NCBI GenBank assembly: GCA_902760315.1
Contig: CACWFV010000008.1
Coordinates: 14,212 to 78,211 of the forward strand
DNA: 64,000 nucleotides
Origin: an uncultured Bacteroidales bacterium
Lineage (GTDB): Bacteria; Bacteroidota; Bacteroidia; Bacteroidales; Bacteroidaceae
Reading direction: 5' to 3'
The notes below the pieces were generated by a model, which made no database searches, was not told where the DNA came from, and was given only the letters and a program-made list of their open reading frames with translations. The translations under genes were made by a program, and so were the position numbers. Within the stretch, counting starts at the first letter, position 1, and the number at the start of each line of letters is the position of its first letter. Positions 36,830 to 44,980 of this stretch are shown here, piece after piece.

Positions 36830-38572
36830 ATGAATAAGACAGCTATCCTTACCGCATTAATAGGCCTCTGTATGACAGCAACAGCCCAACCGAAGACCGT
36901 CACCCTGCGCCTGGTCGAGACCTCCGACGTCCACGGCGCTTTCTTTCCCTACGACTTCACTGAGCGCCACCCCATGCCAGGCACTATGGCCCGTGTCAGC
37001 ACCTATCTGCAGCGCCAGCGCGACGCGTTTGGCGAGCGTCTCATACTGCTGGACAATGGCGACATTCTGCAGGGTCAGCCCACGTGCTACTACACCAACT
37101 ACGTCAAGACCGACGCCCCGAACATTGCCGCCGAGGTCGTCAACTACCTGCACTACGATGCCGAGAACTTCGGCAACCACGACATAGAGACAGGCCACGC
37201 CGTCTACGACAAGTGGATCAGCGAGCTGCGCTGCCCCGTGCTGGGTGCCAACGTGCTCGACAGCAAGACCGGCAAGCCCTACACCAAGCCCTATGTCATT
37301 CTGGAGCGCGAGGGGGTGCGCATAGCCGTTCTGGGCATGCTGACACCGGCCATTCCCAACTGGTTGCACGAGCGTCTGTGGACGGGGCTGCGCTTCGAGG
37401 AAATGACGCGCTCGGCACGCCACTGGCTGCAGGTGCTGCGGGAGCAGGAGCAGGCCGACATCGTCGTGGGACTCTTCCACAGCGGCTGGGAGGGTGGCAT
37501 CACTACCCCCGACTACGACGAGGATGCCTCGCGCAAGATGGCCGAGACGGTGCCGGGCTTCGACGTCATCTTCTTTGGCCACGACCATACGGAGCGCAAC
37601 ACCACCGTGCAGGGCGTGCTCTGCCTGGACCCCTCGTGCAATGCCGTCAAGGTGGCAGAGGCCACGCTGACGCTGAAGATTCACGACGACGCGGCAAAGT
37701 CTGAGCACGGCCGCCGTGTGGAGGTAGTCAGCAAGCAGGGCGCACTCGTCGACGTCACCGGCGAGGCCATTGACCAGGCATACATGGCTCACTTCCAGCC
37801 CCAGATGGACAGCATACGCCACTATGTGGACCGCCAGCTGGGCACCTTCCTCACGCCCATGCGCTCGCGCGACGCCTTCTTCGGCTCGTCAGCCTTCACC
37901 GACTACATCCACCAGGTGCAGCTGGAGGTGTCGGGTGCCGACATCTCGTTCAACGCTCCGCTGACCTTCGACACCGACATCCAGGCAGGCCCCGTCTACA
38001 TGAGTGACATGTTCAAGCTCTACCGCTTCGAGAACCAAATCTACGTGCTGCGCATGACGGGACGCGAGGTGCGCAACCATCTGGAAATGAGCTACGACCG
38101 CTGGACCAACACCATGCGGCAGCCCACCGACCACATCATGCTCCTGGCTCCCAAGGCACCGGGCGACAACCAGCGCGAGGGCTTCAAGTACTTTACCTTC
38201 AACTTCGACTCGGCGGCAGGCATCGACTACGAGGTCGACGTCACCAAGCCCGCCGGCCAGAAGGTGCGCATTCTGCAGTTCTCCGACGGGCGGCCCTTCG
38301 ACGAAGAGGCCTGGTACCGCGTGGCCATGAACAGCTATCGCGGCAATGGCGGCGGCGAACTGCTTACCGCTGGCGCCGGCATTCCCCTGGACTCCATCAA
38401 CAGCCGCATCGTCTACATGAGCGAGCGCGACCAGCGCCACTACCTCATGGAAAAAATCGTGCGCGAGGGACAGGTGGACGCCCGTCCGCTGAACAACTGG
38501 CGCTTCACCCCCGACGCATGGGCACGCCCCGCCATTGAGCGCGACCGCAAGCTCATCTTCGGGGAAAAATAA
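36830..38572 (+). CDS. Bifunctional metallophosphatase / 5'-nucleotidase (CpdB-like)
   Basis: TSDVHG, DNGDILQG, GNHD, GHDH and NSYR motifs; signal peptide. Confidence 0.9.
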   Translation: MNKTAILTALIGLCMTATAQPKTVTLRLVETSDVHGAFFPYDFTERHPMPGTMARVSTYLQRQRDAFGERLILLDNGDILQGQPTCYYTNYVKTDAPNIAAEVVNYLHYDAENFGNHDIETGHAVYDKWISELRCPVLGANVLDSKTGKPYTKPYVILEREGVRIAVLGMLTPAIPNWLHERLWTGLRFEEMTRSARHWLQVLREQEQADIVVGLFHSGWEGGITTPDYDEDASRKMAETVPGFDVIFFGHDHTERNTTVQGVLCLDPSCNAVKVAEATLTLKIHDDAAKSEHGRRVEVVSKQGALVDVTGEAIDQAYMAHFQPQMDSIRHYVDRQLGTFLTPMRSRDAFFGSSAFTDYIHQVQLEVSGADISFNAPLTFDTDIQAGPVYMSDMFKLYRFENQIYVLRMTGREVRNHLEMSYDRWTNTMRQPTDHIMLLAPKAPGDNQREGFKYFTFNFDSAAGIDYEVDVTKPAGQKVRILQFSDGRPFDEEAWYRVAMNSYRGNGGGELLTAGAGIPLDSINSRIVYMSERDQRHYLMEKIVREGQVDARPLNNWRFTPDAWARPAIERDRKLIFGEK

Positions 38573-38642
38573 GCGGAATACCGAGGCGGAATACCGGAAT
38601 ACCGAGGCGGAATACCGGAACACCGGAATACCGGAATACCGC
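38573..38642. repeat. GGAATACC octamer array
   Basis: Seven GGAAYACC units, two of them followed by GAGGC; begins right after the stop codon. Confidence 0.85.
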
Positions 38643-38671
38643 CCAAGAAAGAAACGAAAAACGAAACGACC

Positions 38672-39448
38672 ATGAAATACTTTGTTTTTTGCCAAAGCGA
38701 CCTCGTGCTCCAAAAGAGCGGCGACGGCTACGAAATACCCACCGAACAACCCACCGAACTGAAACCCTGGACCACCGTCATGGACATCAATGGTGCCAAG
38801 GCCTACCGCATAGAGCGTCCGCTGACGGACTCGGAGCGCTACGAGATGTGTCCGCTGCGCCAGAGCTACTACCGGCTCTCCGAGGCCGACTATAGGCTGG
38901 CGGGCAAGTGTCACGAACTGCTCTACTGGGACCAGAACACGAAGTTCTGCGGTGTCTGCGGCGGGCCCATGCACTTCGACACCGCCATCTCGAAGAAGTG
39001 CGACCACTGCGGCAAGGAGCTGTGGCCCCAGCTGGCACCGGCCGTCATCGTGCTCATCCGCAAGGGCCATGAGGTGCTGCTGGTACATGCCAACAACTTC
39101 CGCGACGGCCACTACGGACTGGTGGCAGGATTCGTGGAGACGGGCGAGACGCTGGAGGAGGCCGTCTACCGCGAAGTGATGGAGGAGACAGGGCTGCACA
39201 TCACCAACCTGCGCTACTTCGGCTCGCAGCCGTGGCCCTACCCGTGCGGACTGATGGTGGGTTTCACCGCCGACTACGACAGCGGCAAACTGCACCTGCA
39301 GCGCACGGAACTGTCAAAAGGCGCCTGGTATGACCGCCACCACCTGCCCCACATCCCTGAGAAGCTGTCAATAGCGCGCCAACTGCTCGACGCCTGGCTG
39401 GAAAAAGAGGAAGAAGAGCAGAACGGAGAGAGGAGCGTGGCACCATGA
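38672..39448 (+). CDS. nudC: NAD(+) diphosphatase
   Basis: Zn ribbon CGVCG..CDHC, Nudix box and SQPWP motif. Confidence 0.93.
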   Translation: MKYFVFCQSDLVLQKSGDGYEIPTEQPTELKPWTTVMDINGAKAYRIERPLTDSERYEMCPLRQSYYRLSEADYRLAGKCHELLYWDQNTKFCGVCGGPMHFDTAISKKCDHCGKELWPQLAPAVIVLIRKGHEVLLVHANNFRDGHYGLVAGFVETGETLEEAVYREVMEETGLHITNLRYFGSQPWPYPCGLMVGFTADYDSGKLHLQRTELSKGAWYDRHHLPHIPEKLSIARQLLDAWLEKEEEEQNGERSVAP

Positions 39449-40860
39449 GCATGAAGAGACAACGCGCCATAGCGACGCTGGCCGACCTGCTGGTCTTGGC
39501 GCTGGTGGTGGTGCTGAACCCACTGAACCCGCTGTACGAGGCTCGCCTCACGCCACCTCGTATGCCCGACAAGGTAGAGGTGAGATACCACCCGCTGACG
39601 GCCACCGACTCGCTGACTGTAGCCCACATGCAGACCCAATTGGACGAGTTGGGCTACTACCTGCGCGTACACAACGTGACGGACGAGGGCTACGGCATGG
39701 TGGCCCAGTACCACCACACGCTGCAGCAGAAAGCCTGGCGTGCATCCCTGGCATCCATGTCCCCTGGGCAGCAGCCATCGCAAACCGTCCGCATAGCCGC
39801 CAAAGACCGTCCACTGGTGGGCGTCAAGGTAGGCGGCGGCTACTGGAAGGCCGGGCGCTTTCTCGTGGGACGGCTCAACGGCAAGGCCATCACCCGCGAC
39901 GGCCAGGGGCGCATCGTCTCGGCGCTGTGGCAACAAGACACGGTGGTCTGCGCCATCCGCCAAGACTCGCTGGGCACCTACCGCGGACAGATGGACCGCC
40001 ACCTGCAAGCCTGCGGACTGGGCACCATGAACCTTGCCGACGGCACCCACCAGGAAGGCTTTTGGCAGCACGACCTGCTCGACGGCTTTGCCTTCAGTTG
40101 TTCGTCCCACGAGTCCATGCACGTCGGTGAATGGAAGGAAGGACGCTTTCTGGGCGAGCGCATGAAGTACACCGCCGAGCGCATCTACGGCATCGACATC
40201 TCGCGTCACCAGCACGAGAAGGGGCGCCGTCGCTACGGCATCGACTTCTCCCGGCTGCGCATCACGTCGCTGGGTCGCCGCCACGACGCCCAGGGTCGCA
40301 CGTTCCCCGTGTCGTTCCTCTACATCAAGTCTACCGAGGGCACCACCATCCGCAACCGCTACTTCCTGAGCGACTACGCCAAGGCCAAGCGCCAGGGCAT
40401 CCGCGTGGGTGCCTACCACTTCTTCTCGCTCAAGTCGTCGGCCGAGTTGCAGGCCCGCTACTTCGTCAACCACACGCTGTTCCGGCAGGGCGACTTCCCA
40501 CCGGTGCTCGACGTGGAGCCTACGGATGCCGACATACGGCGCATTGGCGGCGACAAGGTGCTGATGAGCCGCATACGCGTCTTTCTGCAGTATGTGGAGC
40601 GACGTACCGGCATGCGCCCCATTCTCTACGTCAGTCAGACGTTCATCAACCGCCACATGCGCAGCGCCCACGACATCAAGCAGCGCTACAACGTCTGGAT
40701 AGCCCGCTACGGGCAGTACAAGCCCGACGTGCGACTGGTCTACTGGCAACTGGCAGCCGACGGACGTGTGGACGGCATCCAGGGCGACGTGGACATCAAC
40801 GTCTTCAACGGCTACGCTCCGCAGTTCAGCGCGTTTGTCAAGAGTGGCGTGCATCGGTAA
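39445..40860 (+). CDS. GH25 lysozyme with N-terminal TM helix and MORN-like repeats
   Basis: GIDISRHQ, KSTEG, GAYHFF, LDVE and VDINVF motifs. Confidence 0.88.
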   Translation: MSMKRQRAIATLADLLVLALVVVLNPLNPLYEARLTPPRMPDKVEVRYHPLTATDSLTVAHMQTQLDELGYYLRVHNVTDEGYGMVAQYHHTLQQKAWRASLASMSPGQQPSQTVRIAAKDRPLVGVKVGGGYWKAGRFLVGRLNGKAITRDGQGRIVSALWQQDTVVCAIRQDSLGTYRGQMDRHLQACGLGTMNLADGTHQEGFWQHDLLDGFAFSCSSHESMHVGEWKEGRFLGERMKYTAERIYGIDISRHQHEKGRRRYGIDFSRLRITSLGRRHDAQGRTFPVSFLYIKSTEGTTIRNRYFLSDYAKAKRQGIRVGAYHFFSLKSSAELQARYFVNHTLFRQGDFPPVLDVEPTDADIRRIGGDKVLMSRIRVFLQYVERRTGMRPILYVSQTFINRHMRSAHDIKQRYNVWIARYGQYKPDVRLVYWQLAADGRVDGIQGDVDINVFNGYAPQFSAFVKSGVHR

Positions 40861-40920
40861 CGGCAACATGTACACCAGTAATGCGAAATGATTTTTATTT
40901 GACACGCCACACACCCGGAA

Positions 40921-41580
40921 CTACAGATAAAACTCGCTGGTCAACTGGCGGTAGGCCTCAGAACCTATAGTCAGCTGCTCCTGCTGCAGCGTGCAGGGAT
41001 GCTTGCGGAAGGCCAGCAGGTAGCGCTTGGGAGGCTTGCGGTCGGTAGTCTTGACGGCACAGAGGCGGCTCAGGAAGAAGCCCTGGAAGATGGCCTCGTC
41101 CTGCATGCGCCTGAGATAGTCGAAGGGCACGACGAGGCTCAGTTCACCCTCGTCGGTGAGCAGTCGGTAGGCGGCTTGCATCAGTTGGCCATAGGTCAGC
41201 GTCGCCGTGTGGCGGGCCATGTTCCGCTGTTCGTCGGGGGCTGCCAAGGAGTCGATAAAAAACGGAGGATTGCTGACCACCGCATCATACTCGCCCTGAT
41301 GCTCCTGCAGCGCCTCGTGCACCACCGTCACCTGTCTGGCGAAAGGTGCCTGCTCCACATTCTGCTGAGCCTGTCTGACGGCACCCTCGTCAATGTCTAT
41401 CGCCGTCACCTGTGCCTCAGGGTATCGCTGCGCCATCATGAGGGCTATGACGCCCGTCCCCGTACCGGCATCCAGGATGCGTGCGCCCCCCTGGGCCCAC
41501 GCTCCTAACAGCACGCCATCGGTACCCACCTTCATGGCGCACAGTTCCTGCCGGATAGTAAACTGCTTAAACTGGAACAT
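40921..41580 (-). CDS. trmN6: tRNA1(Val) (adenine37-N6)-methyltransferase
   Basis: MFQFKQF, MKVGTDGVLLG, DAGTGTG and NPPF motifs. Confidence 0.88.
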   Translation of the reverse strand: MFQFKQFTIRQELCAMKVGTDGVLLGAWAQGGARILDAGTGTGVIALMMAQRYPEAQVTAIDIDEGAVRQAQQNVEQAPFARQVTVVHEALQEHQGEYDAVVSNPPFFIDSLAAPDEQRNMARHTATLTYGQLMQAAYRLLTDEGELSLVVPFDYLRRMQDEAIFQGFFLSRLCAVKTTDRKPPKRYLLAFRKHPCTLQQEQLTIGSEAYRQLTSEFYL

Positions 41581-43324
41581 GGGCAGCCAGTGCGTCGAGC
41601 CAGCAGAGGAAGGCCACGAGCGAGGCGTTCCAGTTGATGGCTATCTCGTTGGAGGCATAGCTGTCGACACTGTCTATGTACGACTCGTCGGGGCAGTCAG
41701 ACGGATAGGGCGTCTTCAGGTTCTGCCGGTCCTGCTGGCCGGGGTTAGGTCCACCCACCAGCATGCCGGGGAAGGGCGCCTTCACGCCGTCGGCAGCCGA
41801 TGGCCGGTGGTGCGGGTGCATGGGACTCTGGTCGCCGAAGCCCGTGACGTAGCAGTAGCCCGTGGCGTTGCGACCCAGCAGATAGTCGGCATTCTGCAGG
41901 GCATAGCGGCGATACTTCGTGCTGCCCTGCATAGCATCGGCAAAGAGCAGCGCCACAGCCTGACAGCAGCAGCTCTCAGCCAGACAGCCCCAGCCGAAGT
42001 CGGAGGGCTTGTTGCCATAGGGCGACTGGAACGACGACTCTCCCACTCCCTTGATGGCCGCGTCACAGTATTCATTCAGCTGCGTGAGCATATCGTTGCC
42101 TATTCTTCGTACTGCCTCAGGCAGCGCGTTGGCATCCGTGAGTGCATGGGTGTGGGTCATCCAACCGAAGGCACCCAGCGAGGCGACATTGCCCCATGCG
42201 GGTATGGTAAAGCGATCGGGCTTATACTGAAGGGCAGCATCCAGATAGCTCTGCTTGCCCGTCAGACGATACAGGGCGGTAGCTGCCCAGAAGAATTCAT
42301 CGCGAGCACTATTGTCACCATAGCCACCTGTCAACACGGCAGGGTTCTTCAGCGCGTTCTGGTCGTAGAACTGCGTCGGGTTGCTCAGCGCCCACTGGTA
42401 GGCACGTTCCGCCATAGCGGCAGCCTGTGCCGTGAAACCCGGATAGTCCTGCTGGTAAGGCTCAAAGAGTCGTGCGGCGTCAGCCATCACGGCGGCAAAG
42501 TCGAGCGTGGCGGTGACGGTCTTCTGCACCACGTAGCGTGGCTGTTTGCAGTCCGCAGGCATCACGAAGCCCTCGAAGTAGGGTGTAGTCAGCTTATGAT
42601 ATACGCCGCCGTCCGAGGGGTCCTGCATGGTCATCAGCCACTTCAGGTTGAACATCATCTCGTCGAGGAAGTCGGGCGTGGCATTGTCGCTCTCAGGAAT
42701 CTGGGTCTTCAGCTGTCCAAAGTAGTCACGCAGTTGCTCGTAGACGGCAAGCATCAGTCCCTGGCTGAATGCGGAGTTCACCACATATTTGTTATAGTCG
42801 CCAGCGTCATACCAGCCGTAGGGCGAACTGATAATGCTGCCTGCGGGGCGCAGTGGCGAAGCGGCAGAGTTGTGCACCAGCACCTTCGTGTCGGCATGTC
42901 CCAACGGACGGTTATACGCCCCACCCTGCTCAATGGCCACACCAGAACGAATCAGATAGAACAGGCGCAGGGCCGACGTGGCAATATCGTGATAAGGCTG
43001 CTGGCTGACGTGCAGCACGCACGACGCTCCACCCAGCGTCACCTGGTAGTCGCCCGTAGCCGTCAGGTTGTCCAGCGTCACCACATAGCGCGTCTTGCCC
43101 GACAGTGGCGATACGGCCTGGCGCACGCTCTTAGCCTTCACCACCTTGCCGTCAGGTGTCGTCACACGCATCTTCTTGCCAGGGTTCATACCCTCCACTA
43201 CGACCACCTTCTCCTGTCCAGGATAGCAGCCCACCTGATTGCGGCGCAACTGCACACCATCTTCTGCCTGCATGCCCAAGCTCGCGCAGGCCACAGCCAT
43301 CATCATGATTTTCCTATTCATCAT
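41567..43324 (-). CDS. Glycoside hydrolase family 9 endoglucanase (CelD-like)
   Basis: GWYDAGDY, HPHHRPS and YASNEIAINWNA motifs; signal peptide. Confidence 0.93.
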   Translation of the reverse strand: MMNRKIMMMAVACASLGMQAEDGVQLRRNQVGCYPGQEKVVVVEGMNPGKKMRVTTPDGKVVKAKSVRQAVSPLSGKTRYVVTLDNLTATGDYQVTLGGASCVLHVSQQPYHDIATSALRLFYLIRSGVAIEQGGAYNRPLGHADTKVLVHNSAASPLRPAGSIISSPYGWYDAGDYNKYVVNSAFSQGLMLAVYEQLRDYFGQLKTQIPESDNATPDFLDEMMFNLKWLMTMQDPSDGGVYHKLTTPYFEGFVMPADCKQPRYVVQKTVTATLDFAAVMADAARLFEPYQQDYPGFTAQAAAMAERAYQWALSNPTQFYDQNALKNPAVLTGGYGDNSARDEFFWAATALYRLTGKQSYLDAALQYKPDRFTIPAWGNVASLGAFGWMTHTHALTDANALPEAVRRIGNDMLTQLNEYCDAAIKGVGESSFQSPYGNKPSDFGWGCLAESCCCQAVALLFADAMQGSTKYRRYALQNADYLLGRNATGYCYVTGFGDQSPMHPHHRPSAADGVKAPFPGMLVGGPNPGQQDRQNLKTPYPSDCPDESYIDSVDSYASNEIAINWNASLVAFLCWLDALAAHVPV

Positions 43325-43398
43325 ACTTTATTTTGTTTGATTAGTTAGCAATTCTCTTGTCCCATTTCGTTTGCAAAGATAGTAATTATTATCGAAAC

Positions 43399-43440
43399 AA
43401 AAAGAAATCAGCGAGATATTTTCATGAAATACCTCGCTGA
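43399..43440 (-). terminator. Intrinsic terminator after fic
   Basis: TCAGCGAG...CTCGCTGA stem followed by TTTCTTTTT on the minus strand. Confidence 0.6.
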
Positions 43441-43509
43441 GCATGGGTAACCTGAAACAGGTGCCAGTCCCTGACGGTCCCTGTATGGTGATTGGTATTC
43501 ATGATGTTG

Positions 43510-44541
43510 CTATTTGTTAATGATCCAAGAACCACTCTTTTTACTACCTTGCCTACTTATAACTCCAGAATCCCTTAGTTTTTTTAATATTTTTTCTGCC
43601 CCACGAAGGCTGATTTCCATTCGTTCCGCAGCATCAGAGGCTGTAATTGTAGGATTGCTGTCAATTAGGAGAAGTAGTTGTTTGTCGTTTATACCGAACT
43701 TTATACCATACTTTATACCGAACTCTTCACCGAATTTTATACCGAATTGTCTGTCGATAGGACTTACATCATTTGTTGGCAACTCCTCTCCTTGATGTTC
43801 CTTCAGTGTCTTATATATCTCTTTCAGCATAAAGTCGATGAATGGGCCCGACTGCCCTGCTTTGGTGCTGGCCGTGATGGCATCATAATATGCTTGTTGA
43901 TTAGCATAGATCATATTCTCTACTGGCAGGTGCTCAAACAACGGATGCAGTTTGCCAAGTATTAGTGATTGCCACAAGCGTCCAGTTCTTCCATTGCCAT
44001 CTATGAATGGATGGATGAACTCGAATTCGTAGTGGAACACACACGAACGAATCAACAGATGGTCTTTCGATGATTTCAGCCACGCAAACAAATCGTCCAT
44101 CAGCATAGGTACACGGTCTGCTGGTGGAGCCATATGGACGAGTCCGCTTTCAGAGAACACACCCACACCAGAACGCCGGAACCTGCCTGCATCATCCACC
44201 AGTGCCCGCATCATTACGCCATGGGCTTTCAGCAGGTCTTTCACGCTGTAGGGGTTCAGCGAAGGGTAGAGTTCGTATGTGGCTATAGCATTCTTTACTT
44301 CCTGTATTTGCTTAATCGGTGCCACCACATTCTTTCCGTCGATAATGTCGCGCACTTCATCCTCGCTTAGGGTATTGCCCTCTATGGCAAGCGAAGAGTG
44401 AATGGTCTTTATGCGATTTGCCTTTCGTAGCCGCAGTCCGTCCTCCTGTTCCAAACGGATGGCATAACGCTCTATCTGACCTGAAATCTCAGCAATCAGA
44501 TTGATAGCCTCAGCACTTACTGTAAAAGGTGGTAAATACAT
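43510..44541 (-). CDS. Fic family protein with C-terminal winged helix
   Basis: HPFIDGNGRTGR catalytic motif; SLAIEGN inhibitory motif; 5 x 12-bp linker repeat. Confidence 0.92.
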   Translation of the reverse strand: MYLPPFTVSAEAINLIAEISGQIERYAIRLEQEDGLRLRKANRIKTIHSSLAIEGNTLSEDEVRDIIDGKNVVAPIKQIQEVKNAIATYELYPSLNPYSVKDLLKAHGVMMRALVDDAGRFRRSGVGVFSESGLVHMAPPADRVPMLMDDLFAWLKSSKDHLLIRSCVFHYEFEFIHPFIDGNGRTGRLWQSLILGKLHPLFEHLPVENMIYANQQAYYDAITASTKAGQSGPFIDFMLKEIYKTLKEHQGEELPTNDVSPIDRQFGIKFGEEFGIKYGIKFGINDKQLLLLIDSNPTITASDAAERMEISLRGAEKILKKLRDSGVISRQGSKKSGSWIINK

Positions 44542-44675
44542 ATCTCGTTCGTTATTTTATAATGTAGGTAGTATTGTCGTTTTTCTTTGCCATGTTTTGT
44601 CTTTAATTCCCCTATAGAGATAAAAATCCTTCGGATGGATTTTTGGGTATACTCTCTTGTTGATGTACTTGTTTG

Positions 44676-44774
44676 CAAAGATAGTGCAAATCGAGCGAAA
44701 AGCAAAATAAAAAAAGGCTTTTTTTGTTTTTATTTCTGAGATGCAGCCTATCTTGACCACGGGTCAAAGATAGT
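44676..44774. repeat. 89-bp promoter-duplicating mini-element
   Basis: CAAAGATAGT direct repeats at 44676 and 44765; same layout as 20835-20931. Confidence 0.6.
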
Positions 44775-44980
44775 AATTATTTCTCAATCCACCAAGTTTT
44801 CGACTCAATAGGCGTCATGCAATGACTAATAACCTCGTATCAGCCACTTTCTTCCCAAATTGCTTTTTTATTACGAGGTTTTTCTATATCTTTGCAATCG
44901 AATATGGAATTGGAAGAATAACTATATATTCACATGAATCGGACATACACATTAATTTTCAACACAAATAAGTAAAAACG

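Noticed and set aside
41393-43348. Long antisense ORFs (also 39274..40914, 31548..32819, 47917..49248 and others)
   Set aside because: Typical stop-free shadows of GC-rich genes; no protein motifs.
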